A DNA stretch of 64,000 nt from Dudresnaya verticillata (lineage: Eukaryota), in NCBI GenBank assembly GCA_977862235.1, contig OZ374557.1, positions 3,410,001 through 3,474,000 on the forward strand, given 5' to 3'. A program made the translations under genes and the position numbers. How positions within the stretch are numbered: the first letter of the stretch is position 1; each line of letters opens with the position of its first letter. Below the pieces are notes generated by a model. It had not been told where the DNA came from. It did not search any database and worked only from the letters and a program-made list of their open reading frames with translations. Below are positions 22,718 to 36,015 of this stretch, piece by piece.

Positions 22718-23610
22718 CGACAAATTGTTTTTAATTTAGTGCATAGGGCATTTACGGTAGGAAAAGAAAAAAGAAAAAGAAAAAACAAAATCAAAATCAA
22801 AATCGATCGTTGCCTAATTAGACTCTGCCCGCACGCGCAAAAATAAATCATAAGTCAAAAAAGACTTAGGAAAAAGTCGCATTCCTGTCCGCGTCCTGGA
22901 TCGGGCTCTGAAAAATCGTCGTCGGTTGCGTACTAGCGCTAACCATTTTTGCGGTTTCAGTTTCGCTTTGGTGACGGACTCCTGGTAGCCATCGCGACCA
23001 ATCGTCTGCTAGTGCAAGCCCCACAGATTGTGACTCGGGGGCGGGAATTCGGCAACTCTGAGTACCCTTTGCGTTGAGCCTATTGGTTCCGCGAGGCGAA
23101 AGGGCGACCCGTTTGCTTTGGACAGTGCTTCGGCAGCCCTGTCTAAGTGCTTCTCTTTGGAGGGCAGACGTGTAACGGCAACACCACTCCGGTGTTGTCG
23201 GTTAAAGAAGCATATCTCTCCCCCGCTGCCGGGCCCTAGGGGGAGTAAGGCAAGGAGCCCTTGGGTATTTTGCGGTGGAACCACCAACGTCAGGGTATCC
23301 ACACGTTGCCCTGGGGAGCGCAGGACGGTTCTGGGGGCACAAAGGTTACACTTTGTGTACTTGACGTAAGTATTGACCTGCTCCAAAGGAGAAGGCAGAA
23401 GAGAGAAGGCAGAAGGTATAAGACAGAAGACAGTCCGGTGTGCCCAAAATCAACGGTGCGGCGCGCCGTGCTTAAGTGGAAATCAGTTCGGAGCTCGCAG
23501 AGGCAGCATTATAGTCTGCGCAGCGCGTCGTACTTAAACCAAGGGGGACACAAGTTAAAGGGGTTAGAAGAGGGAAGCAGAGAAGACTCCAAGAGGAATC
23601 GGTGGTCAAG

Positions 23611-24195
23611 ATGGTTCGCGGCGGCCCCAGACCCAACTCTGGGGGTCCGCGTCCTAACTCAGGAGGGGCTCGTGCCAACTCTGGCGGCGCCCGTGCCAAC
23701 TGTGGCAGAGCTCGTGCCAACTGTGGTGGCGCCCGTGCCAACGCTGGTGGCGCCCGTGCCAACTCCGGTGGTGCCCGTCCAAGTACTGGAGGTCCACGTC
23801 CAAATGCTGGTGGCTCACGTGAGAACGCAGGAGGTCCGCGCCCGAATGCCGGAGGGTCACGTCAGCACGCCGGGGGGTCGCGCCCGAATACAGGAGGTCC
23901 GCGTGAAAACGCAGGAGGACCGCGTGATAACGCAGGAGGATCACGTCCGAACACAGGAGGTCCACGTCAGAACGCAGGTGGGCCGCATGAAAATGCGGGG
24001 GGGTCACGGTTGAATACAGGAGGTCCACGGGAGAACGCAGGAGGACCGCGACAGAACGCAGGAGGCCGACGTGAGAATTCAGGCGGTGTTCGAACCAATG
24101 CGGGAGGATCACGATCGAATGCAGGAAGAGCAAGGTCGAATGCAGGAGGGGCACGGTCGAATGCAGGAGGGGCACGGTCGAATGCAGGGGGGTAC
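23611..24195 (+). repeat. 21-bp coding tandem repeat (~27 units) encoding GGxRxN(A/S/T); mirror at 47742-48326
   Basis: GGPRPNS, GGARANS, GGPRENA and similar units in ORF 23602-24315. Confidence 0.92.
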
Positions 24196-27100
24196 GTCGA
24201 GGGGCCGGGAGACCGAGGAGAAGGACGATTCCGGAGCCGGACCAAGGAAGTGTTGCGGAACAAGGGGAGCACGTACCCGTCGGGCCGGCCGTTGAAAGCG
24301 TTGAGCCGAACATAGCACAGTCCGTTCCTGGGAGCACTGACAGGACGATGATGTCAGAGGTTGGGAAGGTGCAACGTGGGCTATTTAAAGTCTACTACGC
24401 TTTCGATAGCCGAGCTGAAGAAGCAAAGGAGCAAGACGTAGTTCCGTCGGACTTTGACTATCCAAGGGATACAAGGAGAAGGTGTTCGAAGTGCGGAGAT
24501 CCGACACACAATTCACGACGTTGTCCGCTGAAGGGATGGGTACTGTACATCAGCACTTGCAAGTACTGTGGCAGTATGCTCGTCGGAAAAGAAAGCGACG
24601 GAGTGTGCTGTGGGAAGAGGAGTACTCCAGGATGGGGTGTGACGTTTCGAAGGAGGCATTTGTCGAGTCAGTTGAAGGAAATGTACAAGATGCGGGCGTT
24701 CCGTACGATGTCAGTGCAGCTGAACAAACTGTTTGCGACGTGTTTTTCATTTATGGATCTTAAGTTCATGCCGTCCGGTGGACCGTCGTTCATGAAGCTG
24801 TTCGGCAACGCAGCGATCGCTGTACCGAGACGTGATGCGCGCTACACTTTTCTGTGGTCCAATGACGCCCCGAGTTTGAGAGAGGGAGACCAGAGGTCAA
24901 GGCTGTTGCGAGATGCAGTTCGCAACAGCAATGTACGCGCCATGGTTCCTGTACTGTACGACAAACTACTGCCTCCCCACGCATTATGCGTGAAAGGTAC
25001 CGAACACTGGTTTCGGGAACTGATCGTGCACGAGGCGCGGGAAGTTCAGCTCGAGGCCAAGCATCGGCAGTCGATAATGTAGAAGTGAATGACCAAGTTG
25101 CAAACGACGGTGTCGTTGTGGAAAACTATCGTGGAAGGCAGGTTGGTGAGGTACAAGCTGTGACAGGAGTTGGACCGCTGCCACAAGACCAAGCAGGAGT
25201 TCCGACGCACTGCCTAAGTTACACTGTTGAACCTTCTGGTCTATACCGATCCGATCAGCCAGTCGTGCAGTTGGTTGGCAATGCTGACATTGAACCGGAT
25301 CACGAACGTGGAACACATGTTGTGAAGTATCGTACACTTAACGTGGGCTCGAAGATAGCGAAGGTGGGCGCGTTCCCGTTACTGTATCCGTGCGGAGATG
25401 AACATGAGCCGTTTGACTTGGCACGGTTCATTCAAGCGAAGTCAGATAACACTGAGCCGTCGAGTACGAGAGAAGCGAATAAGAAGAAGCTCCAGAAGCT
25501 CACTTGGGCGGCAAACGTCAAGCGCCGCCTGTACACGGACAACATTCTACAGGAGAGCGGTACACTATTCCAGGTCTGGCTACTGCGAACTGCTACAAAC
25601 ATCGAGGACCATCGACTCAAGTTCTTGGAGCGGGAGCAGACATCAAGGATCGTAGAGGAGAGGGAGCTACAGGAAGCTGTAATGGATGACGACGACACGT
25701 ATCGTATTGGGAGACTGTTCCTTCCGGATAACCACGTGAACTCAGCGTCATATTGGAAAGGGAAGCTCCTGGACGTACAAGCTATGGTCGCTATAAGGCA
25801 TGTCCCTTCTCTGCTCGTGACTGTGACAATGAATCCGTGGAGTGAGGAGATGGGCAGACTGGGCTTGGACATAGATCATCGAAGTACGTTCCAGCCTCAT
25901 GACCGTCGACCACGTGTGTTTGATCGTCCCGATATCACGGCAAGAGTATACAACCAGTTTGCCAACGATGTAATGAGGGAGATTGAGTCCAACTCAGGAA
26001 TACTTGGGACGCCGTTGTATCGGAATCGCTCCCAAGTTGGAGTTTCAGGAACATAACACGCCACACAACCACATACTAGTGTTCCTAGAGGGCGGCCTGC
26101 TGGAATACTTGGACGAGATTGACGGGATTATCAGTGCGGAGTTGCCTTTGGCGTCCGAGGATCCAGAGCTCGGGGAACTGGTGATGCGTTTCAACAGACA
26201 CCGGCACTCTCCGTACTGTAGAGGGCGTACTCGTAATGGAAGGTGTCGTTTTGGATACGACCAGAATGCAGTGACGCCGACAACCTACATGGATGAGACC
26301 CGCAATCACGTGGTGTACCGCAGAAGGAAAGAGGAAGGTCTGAAAGTAGTCCCGTACAATGCCAAGTTGACAAGGAGGTATCGTCGCCACATCAACGTGG
26401 AACGGACCCAGGGAGGAGGGGCAGTTGCGTACCTGATGAAGTACACATTCAAGCCACCGAAACTTCAAGACGTGGAGATTCAAACGGAGCCAGAGAGGCA
26501 GGGCACCCGGAACCCAGCAAGGGACAACATTCGCAACGACATCCGCCTACACATGCGTGCAAGAGTGAGTGGCTCCGTTGAGGCAGCTTGGTCGTTACTC
26601 GAGTTCAGGCATGTCAAGTTGAATCCACCGGTGACAGCCTACCCGGTGCATTTGGAGGGAGAGCGCCACATTGTCATCAGGAACCCCAACCTTCCGCGGG
26701 GACCGGGACAGCTAGGCGACTCACCGCTGCTGCGCTACTTCAAGCGTCCGTCACAGTACAGGTCGAAAACATTTCTCGACTACGTGGAAGGCTTCAAGCT
26801 GTACAAGACGCTTCCGAGGAGTATGCAGTCGAGGAGTCAGGATATTCCAAGAGACGACGGCTCGCCTCGAAACTAAGTCGTCAAAAGGGGCTCGGATGAA
26901 GACTCGGTGGCACGCATCCACTTCGTTTCCCCAGCAAACGTCGAGCTGTTCGCGCTTCAGACAATCCTGATTCACAGGCCGATCTCATCCTTTTCGTAAG
27001 CCAAAGGCTTTGAAGGGCGTAACTACGGCTCCTTCCGCAATGTTGCAGTGGCAATGGGACTGTATGCGGATGGAAACGAGTACGACAGATCCTTTGACGA

Positions 27101-28250
27101 GGCAGCAAGTATGCATTGGACACCTTGAAGTCTGCGCTTCATGATCGTGACTCTGTACCAGCAAGGAGGAAATCCAGAACGCATGCTCCACAGACACTCA
27201 GAGTACTTGATGTCAGACATTGACCTCGGATCTACGTCGCAGAAGAAGGGAGAGTTGATTCGCAGACTGACTGAGATATCAGATCGCCATGGAGGGAACC
27301 TTCTGCGACAGCATCGAGCCTTCCGCTCCTTTGTTACCTCACAGGATAGGTCGACGGAAGTGGAGAGGGTACAGAGTGAGATACAGCAAGCGTCGTCGTC
27401 GGCAAGCTTACGAGAAGCCGTAGAAGACAAGTACAGGACGTTGAACTCACAGCAGAAGCGAGTGTTCGATAAGATCATGTCTGTCATGTTGGACCGTCGC
27501 CGAGAAGACCCACTGGCTACGGATGGAAAGGTGTTCTTCCTACAGGGCCATGCAGGGACAGGGAAGACATACCTTCTGTCTTTGCTTCGGGATAGGGCGG
27601 AGTGCAGGGGAATGCATGTGGAAATCACCGCTACTACAGGAATTGCAGCGTCTCTATACCGTGGTGGTCGCACACTGCACAGTCTCCTTGGACTGGGCGT
27701 TGACGACAAGGACAGTTCTGAAAGACACGCCAAGCTTTCTAAATACGGTCCACGATCTCAGAGGGCAGCGATGATTCGGAACGTGTCACTTCTTATCGTA
27801 GACGAGGCCTCTATGATGCAAAGAGTGCTATTTGAGCACGTGGATGCCATCCGCAAAGACTTGCGAGTGCGACCGGAAGCTCATCGTGGAAACGGAGGCA
27901 GTAGCAATGTCTCGAATAGCTCGGGGTCACGTTCAGACAAGCCGCTCTTCGGTGGGTTAAGCATCGTATTTGCAGGCGACTACCTTCAGCTGTTGCCAGT
28001 TGTTCAGTCGCGGAGGCTTCAAGAAGACGAGCATGGGAACAAAGAATACGTCAACGTGTCCTTACTAGACGAACTACCTTGGGCATCCTCCCTCTGGCAG
28101 GCTGTGAAGGTGCTGCGCATTACTCAACAAGTTCGTCAGGCAGAAGATCAGAGATTCAGCCGGCTGCTCATGTCAATCGCTACTGGAAGGTTTCCTACAA
28201 CAAGCAAGCTTCCACTGTCTTCGACGGGGAACATACAAGCTTCGTACGAA
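23611..28250 (+). mobile_element. Helitron-type Rep-helicase gene, fragmented and 3'-truncated (left arm)
   Basis: N-terminal 7-aa repeats; CCHC knuckle CSKCGDPTHNSRRC; CKYC...CC finger. Rep motifs VTVTMNPW, DRPDITARV, EFQEHNTPHNHIL (HUH), VVPYN, HINVE, YLMKY, EAAWSLLEF. PIF1 motifs GHAGTGKT, ATTGIAA, GRTLHS, IVDEASM, FGG..IVFAGDYLQLLPV, QVRQ. Cut off by the Q repeat at 28251. Confidence 0.92.
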
Positions 28251-28373
28251 ATTATGGGTTCTCCCTCTCGGGTGTCCCCCCAACGCCACACGTCTCTTCT
28301 TTATTAAAGTTGTTAACCATTATGGGTTCTCCCTCTCGGGTGTTCCCCCAACGCCACACGTCTCCTCTTTATT
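28251..28373. repeat. Q repeat, truncated plus full tandem copies; mirror at 43562-43684
   Basis: 28251-28305 (5'-truncated) immediately followed by 28306-28373 (full). Confidence 0.85.
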
Positions 28374-28957
28374 GACCTTCGGCGGTCCTCCGCATTCTAA
28401 TTACTGCCAGCAACCCTCGGGGAGATTTCCTCCCGCACCTCCGCGTGGAACCATTGAAGTTGGAGGGGCCGAAACGAAAGGGGGAGTGTGCGTATATGAG
28501 CTTGATTGGGGGGATGGTCGGTGAATGGAGGTGACGGTCGGTTTATGACCAGTCGAGGAAAAAATAAAGAAAAAAACGAACACCATGACAGAGCCGAAAA
28601 TCCGCTATGAGGACATACCCCCCTCACGAGTCGCTGATGTTACAATCAGTAACAAAAACAGCGCCCTGGCAAAATAGCAGCGTGCCATAATAGCACCTGA
28701 CCTCAGCATTTTTAATGAATTATCAATCTAGAGATATGTTACTCTCTATTTTAGTCTTCTACTTTGTTTTAGTAAGTTCCATCGGGCTTTCTGTAACTAC
28801 TAGAATTCTATAAAGGAGGTCTGCTCTCAACTCTCTCAGAGAAAGGGGGGCAGGCCGCAAAAGTCTGAGCAGCGCCGGTATCACGTGTGTTTCTGGTGCC
28901 TTCTGCTGGGAGGTGCCGGCACCTCTAACACCTCCAGGGTTTCAGCGTGCAGCTCGC

Positions 28958-31900
28958 TTGAAGAAAACCAAATCACGAAGTCGGAGAGCGTGCTGCGTCA
29001 AGCATGTGCGCAAAAAACCATCACGAGGCTTGCGTCACTTCGATGCTGCTGTCCAAATGAGTCCTGGACATTGACTCTGAAGTCCAATCCATCCGGTTCT
29101 GCACCCACAAGCGGGTAAAGCCCAGGTTGATGAGCGTATTGAAACTCCCAATCCGGGGACTGTGGGAAGAGTAAAAACACCCAGACGGTGGGGACGCAGA
29201 TACGGCTGAAAGAGCACCCATGACTGCTCGGTCCAGGCTAGGACCGTTATCACCAGGTAGCCTAAACAACCGCTCTCCCCTTTGTAACACTGCCCGGCGG
29301 GTGCTCCATCTCGTAAACAGCACCAAAGGCGAGCAATCAGAAGTCAATTGTGGCGAGGCGGGGCAGCGCAGGATAAGCGGATGTGCCAGTGCCTTGCCCT
29401 TGCGACGATGCAGCAGGGCACGAGACCCATTGCTGTCGAGTTCGAGGTGGTATGGCAGCATGCCATTACAGGTCACCGACCGGACATGGAACACATAGGC
29501 GAACACAGTCGCGGCACACGCCGCAAGTTCGCGATCCGAGGACCTGACACACCAGTGTGTAAGCAAGTGCCTTTTAGGTCTCTTGTGAACTCAAAGAGTG
29601 CACTCAATGAGAAAGCCACAGAGCGGGTACCTGGTAGCGGTGGTAGAGCGGGAGGAACCCAGAGGGTAGACGAGGGCACGTAACCTGATTGGAAGCACGA
29701 TACTGAAGGTAGTTCACTGGGTGGGCTGTTAACCGGGCACGAGTGACACGTATGCTACGGTCCCGATAGCTTGGAGACGTAGTTGGGGCCGGAAGGTGCT
29801 TACCTTTACTGTACAGTGACCGCTACGAGAGATGCCCTTATATGGTACTCCGACTGTCAGGCAGCACCCCTCATACTGGGCTATTAACACGCCCCCTATC
29901 CTAAGCTATATTTTCTAAAATAAATAGGTACTAAGCTACTGACCTACAGGGTGACATTTGGACCAATCATAGGCTACCCGTCTTGTCCCTGTCGGCGCCC
30001 TGTAGGTAACGCTATTTCAGCGCATAACGCGGGCAGAGGGCCCACTTCTGTAAGCCCTTCACTGTATTACACCGTGAGAAACAATCGCCCGCATGAGATC
30101 CGATGGACAACCTACACGCACAGGCTTCGGTGCACCCACCGTGGCTGCCCGTCAGGAAAGTGCCTGCAATAGGTCCCGCACCAGTGGGGTCCGGGTTGAC
30201 GAGGGGTCACTATGGTGCTCATGATAGCGCGAAATTGCCGAAACATACTGAGCGACGGAAGATGTTCGCAGGGACCCTTCTTGAGCCAGATGACCAATGA
30301 ATGCAGCAACATCCCCATCGGTTGCGGGCAGAGCACAGCGCTCTTCGGCGGCACAGAAAGCAAACCACCGCCGTAATTGGGCGGATCGATTCTTCCAGGA
30401 TGCAGCTGAGTGCCCAAACTCTGCGAGGAGAGTTGCTGCTGCCTCACCACCACCATTCACCGCTCCATTGACTGTCCGTTGCAGGACAGCCGCCTGTATC
30501 CCTAGTCCGTACAATGTCAGCACTGAATCCGCGCCAGGACCAATGACCACTTCTGCACATGGGCGGCCGAGCTCTCCAGGAGACGTGCGGCATGACGGTC
30601 CGGCTGAAGTAGGCGTAGGTCTGGAGAGATTTCGCGCAAGCGTGGGAACCATCCCTGAGCCGGCCAGTGCGGCGCCACTAGAATCCTCGCGCCCCCTCCG
30701 CCTGGATCTTATTCACCACAAGGGGCAGTAGATCGAACGGTGGCATCCACAGCCGACACAGCCCTTCCCCTCAATTCTCCTCTAGGGATGACAGAGCATA
30801 CTTCCGCCTCGCGATCATGTTCTCCCCGAACGGGCGGGTCCGGAAGGCGTGGCGGTCGAAGTGATACTCTCGCCGTAGGTCGTCGAGGAGATGAGTCGAA
30901 ACTCGCGCATCCAGCGGTTGCAATGTCCTCGACAGGGTGTCTGCGAACTTGTTGACCGCCGATGGAAGCCAGCGGGCGTCTATCTTCACCCCCAGGACCT
31001 GCAGCAGGACCCGTAGCTTGCGGAGCTCGGCCATCATCGGTCGAGACGCTAACACCATGGCGTTCAACACGTGAACGACTGCTTGGTTGGCTTCGTGGAG
31101 TAAGAGACGCGTGGCGTTCGGTTGCGAGACGTAGGCGGCGAAGTGTCGGTGCAACAGCAACCGCACCGCCCTGAGTTCCCGCGAAGTCATCGATTCCGCG
31201 CGCTCTTCCCGGGTTCAAAAGCCTTAACCCTCCCCCAAACCGGGGCTGCCTGCTTGTGAATTGGTGCTGAGGGCTCCCCCGTACCCCAAGTCGGCGGCGT
31301 CGCTGTGCAGGGTGAGGTCCGGCTCCGAACGCCCTAGCTCGCGGCCTTCTCCCCGGGTCAAGGAACGCCAGTATGCTAAGTCGCGGAGCGACGGCCGTGA
31401 CAGGCGGACCCGGACAGTCGTCTGAACGCTCCTCTTCTTGGTCTCCAACCCTAGATTTCCATCCCGAGCCATGTCGAAATAGACCGAACGCGGGGAAAAG
31501 CGCGCCAGAGGCAGCGCCATACCCAGCGCTGCACAGACCCCGCAGAAATGGTACAGCAGATCGAGGGACACCAGGCGTTTGTTCCGACCGGTCAGGGCTA
31601 ATACCTTCGCAGCCAGCCCCCGCACCTTCTTCACCTTCCCATCGGCGACAAAAACCCGCATCACCACGGTGTCGATCACCACTCCCAGATGGTCCGGCCG
31701 CTGTGCACCGCTCCAGAAGCCCTTTGTTGGATGGCGCACAAGCCCCAGCTGTCCGAATAATCTTCCGAGTACCTTCACTGCCCGAGTGCAGTCCAGCTTC
31801 GTTGCCACCGTCCCCGGCTGGGACGGTGCGGCTAAGAAATCGTCGACGTAGGGCAGGACCCTGTACTGCAAACGATTGCGGATGTAGCGGACGAGCGGTC

Positions 31901-33550
31901 GTAACAGCTTTGTGAAACAAAGTGCAGAGCGACCCCAGCCGAAGGGTAGCGCGATGCAGCGGAACTATCGACCGCCGTAGTGGAATAGGAACATTTTGCG
32001 CACGTCGGGGTGTAAGTAAAAGTGACGATAGCCCCTCTTGATGTCCCAAGACATCAAATGATCCCCTTGTTCCAACTCCAAAGCAAATGACGGTATCGTT
32101 TCCATTTTCACGCTCCGCTTGGGCCAGTGGGAGCTCTGTTCGTGGAAGGCGATCACAAACCTGCCCTTTTTCTCCCCGCCCTCGATATCCTGCCATACAA
32201 CAAACCCTGAGGGCACCAGGAACCCGCGGCCCACTCGGTCCAGCACGAGCTCTCTGCTCACCTCCTCGTATACTCCCTCTCCCAAGCCCTTCTCTATGTC
32301 TGCCATTGCAAACTCTCGATCGTTGTCCGATTGTGGGATTGCCTTGATAATGCGGCCAGCCGTAAAATGGATAGGGGGCAAGTCCCTTCTCCCGTAACGA
32401 ATAGCACGCACCAAGTACTCTGACGTGCCCAGAACACTTTTCCAAGCGTTGGCCTTGAGCGACGTCCCCCTCCACAACGGGCGATCCCAAGCACCCGCTG
32501 CAGACTCCTGGTATCCCCCGATTCCTATTCCTGGTTAGCGCCACCATCAGCGGGGCTCCCAGCTCCGGATCTCCTGGAACATCTCTCCAGTCTCAGTTTG
32601 GCCAACTGTTTGGCAGCCTCCACCTCCAACGTGGACGTCAAGGCCTCCCGAGCTGACCGATAGGATTGTGAGAAAACTGCGTCGGGCCCCTGCTCTGCCA
32701 GGAAGGCCATCTGCCTAGCGACTTCAACTCCCTGTTCCACGATGTCCCTGAAGTACTGTCCACGCATGCTCAAAACTTCAAGCACCGCCTTGAACGACTT
32801 TTCGGCCAAAGCTAAACGTCTTCCAAACTCCTCAGTGTCTCCCTCTGACTCTTTCGCTACCGCCATTGCAGACAAACCGGTCTCCGTCCAAACTCCTGCA
32901 GCGTTGATATACTCCCATTCTTTTGCCGATCGTCGATCCCTATGCTCGAGCTCTGAAAGGAACGCATCGGCCGGAGGTTTGAAGTAAGCCATGTACGTAA
33001 CGGGCACGTGGGGCCCACGCTCGAAGATACTTCCTTCTCCAACCATCCTTGCAGTGCTCAATTCGGTCACCACTGCCCCGAAATCGACTCGTTTCGGTTT
33101 TCCAGTCACCCATGCCGCTCGAACGGCATGTAATGTGACTGGAATCGTTGCGTCGGGTTGGTCGGGTGTCTTCAGCGCTAGGGTCGCGCACGGTTAGAAG
33201 ATGTCGCCACCCTCAGGATGAAGGGGAGGGTTTCTCGAAGCGAGAAACAGACATGCAGGGAGGGAGGGTGCTGATCGGTCTGTCTTCGGCGGTGCTCAAG
33301 TACCCTCAGACGCTGGGTTCCAGCCGCGGCTGCCGCGCTTGTGTCTCCGAGTTTCTCTCCGTGTTGCGCTTCGCGTTGCGCTTCGCGTTTCGCTTCGCGT
33401 TTCGTTATAAGCGATAGGCGTCCCGGTGAGACAGTGCGCGGTGGGCCAGCTCGGGTCTTGAGTACGCGTGGCCCGATCGGGTCTGTTGATCCGGATCTGC
33501 CCGCTGCTCCTCCTAGTGCCCATTTTCATTGCTGTACAATCGCGTACAGT
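28958..33550 (-). mobile_element. DIRS-type tyrosine-recombinase retrotransposon, degenerate (left-arm copy)
   Basis: Mirror of 38385-42977: gag-like ORF 32525-33109, RT/RNase H/MT ~30630-32477, YR ~28973-30652. Confidence 0.9.
29558..30071. mobile_element. Solo LTR (514 bp) in the YR gene (left-arm copy)
   Basis: Termini TGTAA...TTACA; mirror of 41864-42377. Confidence 0.7.
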
Positions 33551-34963
33551 GTAACAAAAACAGCGTCCTAGCAAAATAGCAGCGTGCCATAATAGCACCT
33601 GACCTCAGCATTTTTAATTAATTATCAATCTAAAGATATGTTAGTCTCTATTTTAGTCTTTTACTTTATTTTAGTAAGTTCCATCGAGCTTTCTGTAACT
33701 ACTACAATTCTATAAAGGAGGTCTGCTCTCAACTCTCTCAGAGAAAGGGGCGCAGGCCGCAAAAGTCTGAGCAGCGCCGGCAGCACGTGTCTTTCTGGTG
33801 CTTTCTGCTGGGAGGTCCGGCACCTCTAAAACCTCCAGGGATTTAGCGTGCAGCTCGCGCATTACAGTCCTCTCCTGTGCTGAAGCGTTACGCGTTATGG
33901 AGCGTTAAGCTTGTTACATGCTTCACAATGCCCTTGAGACTTTGCTGCCTACTATCCCTCTCAGCACGCCTTCCAGCTGGGCAGGAAAGAAAGGCTCTCT
34001 CTACGCTCTCTCATGCCACTATGGTACCCCTCGTATGGGACATATCATCAGGTGGCTCTATATGGCCCTGATGAAGCTCTTCTAATTCTGGCCTGGAACC
34101 GGCCTATACATATAATATACCGGGGTTCCTATACAGCACCCTTTCTGTGCCCAAATGTGAGGGGGATGGTTTCCATGAAGCCGGTCGGACACCACAATAT
34201 CCTCCAGGTATTCCTATAAATCTATTTCCGCAGAGAAATCTGTCTTAGAAACGTTTTAAAAGATGGGAAAAACGCAGCTCGTATAGGCCGCAGAAACGAA
34301 ATGAGATCAGATGGCTTTTTCCACATCATTAAAATACAATATTTCTCGCCCGCTGAAACGAATTGGATGATACTTTTGTTTGGTCCCCTATTGAAACATG
34401 TGGTATAAAGAAGTCCACGGTGACGCGGGGGAGTCCCGCACTGTAAGGAACGGTCTCGGAGCCAAACGAATGGCCTCGTATCCAAACAGAGAAAGGAAAA
34501 GGGGTGGTAGCGTGGTAGAGCGGAGCGAGCAACACGAAGGACCACATTGTCAACGTATTCGTGTGCGGAAGGGAGAACTCGAGCGATCGATCACCGGGGA
34601 TGACTCCGGGTGCGCGGGGCTATCGAAACCGAGGCTCGACCGTATCCGTGGTCACGAAGACGAAGACACTGAACTCGAAGAAACAGGCGTTTACCGAAGA
34701 CTCCGAGGTCCGGGCGCTAGTCGCTTACTGGAAACCCTCGGAGGTCGTGCCAGACGAATGGCTAAGTAGTACTACGTAAGCACGAATACACGTCAACGCG
34801 GGAGACGGTTCGTACTCGAATGATTCTTAACGGCCTCGGTGCGAACGAACGGTCGTCTCACGTATGGTGGCGGTCACGAAGTGCGCCAGCGATGCATAAG
34901 GAGGTGCACGCGCGTCGTGGCCCTCGGTGCTGGTACGCGCAGGAAACAATGGGAAGATCACGA

Positions 34964-35160
34964 AGGTGTCAGCGATTTCGTATCGGGTGCGCACGGTAAT
35001 GCGAATGCCATCCTGGCGCGCGCTATCACGAAGTCAGCTCGGAATTCGTCCGGAGGTGTCAGCGATTTCTTATCGCTTGCGTGATGTAATGCAAATGCCA
35101 TCGTGGCGCGCGTACAGTATGCACACTGTAATACGTTTGCCATTGTGGCGTGCGCTTTCA
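34964..35160. repeat. Degenerate ~90-bp tandem repeat (2 units plus a partial); mirror at ~36775-36971
   Basis: AGGTGTCAGCGATTTC.TATCG...GTAATGC.AATGCCATC.TGGCGCGCG at 34964 and 35054. Confidence 0.6.
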
Positions 35161-35164
35161 CAGA

Positions 35165-35938
35165 TGTAATATAGAAGTCGGGTCGATCCGACGTCTAATA
35201 CTCGCTGGTCCGAAGCCGCCACACAAACCCGTCGATGGGTAGCTGTTGTGGTTGGTAGAGCGGTGTCGGCCGCGTGCGCCCCGCAGGTGCGGATCGACGG
35301 CGTCGATGCCGGAACGCGCACGGGGCATACCGTAGGTGGGTAGGCAGCGGCCGAATCCCAGCGTCCCTGTCGAAGGGCGGCACGAAGCCGACGGAAAGGA
35401 AAAGGAAAGGGGAAAAGCCTAGCGAGGCAAGGGGGAAAAGGGAAACCGCCCGCTGGCGTAAGGAAAAGGGATCGAACCCGAAGAGGGTGGGGGCAAGCTT
35501 CAGCGTGAGCTGTTGCTTACCCGGTTTACTGAGCCGTCGATGGCCGACGGTCTTAAATACCCTACGCTATGTGCACTACGACTACTCTACAGTAGGTGCG
35601 CCCCACAACACTAACGCGGGAGGTGTGCGAGCGCGCGCCCATACACGTGTCGACACGTCCGGGTAACGGCTACCCGTGGGCGCACGCGGGGCATAACGGG
35701 CAGCGGCCCTCACAACGGCTGGATGCCGGGGAGCGTCACTGGGGCGCGCCGTGTGCGGCACGGTGCGCGGCCGCTGCCGGCAGCAATGCGGTCGACCGCT
35801 ACGAAATCAACGAAAAAACTAAGGGCACGCTGCCCAACCACGACTCGCCAGCGGGCGTCATCGTGTGCACCATTACAGCGCAGGGCTGCCAGCATACCTT
35901 ACAGCCGCTGCTGATAGTGTGCTGACAGCTATACGACA
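35165..35938 (-). mobile_element. Ty3/gypsy 3' LTR (774 bp) preceded by its PPT
   Basis: On the minus strand TGTCGTATAG...CTATATTACA, with GAGGGGGGGCCG immediately upstream and no PBS downstream. Homologous to 51207-51985. Confidence 0.88.
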
Positions 35939-36015
35939 CGGCCCCCCCTCAAGCGTGAGCGTCGCGTTCACGGCCGTTGAGGTTTCCCGGGGCCACGATG
36001 GCAATCCCGAGAGGC

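Noticed and set aside
21800..23600. Helitron 5'-TC and 3'-CTAG termini
   Set aside because: Several CTAG sites occur but none can be tied to a boundary, and the 3' end is lost by truncation at 28250.
23654..24337. His/Leu-rich and Val/Gln-rich ORFs over the 21-bp repeat
   Set aside because: Alternative frames and strand of the GGxRxNA coding repeat.
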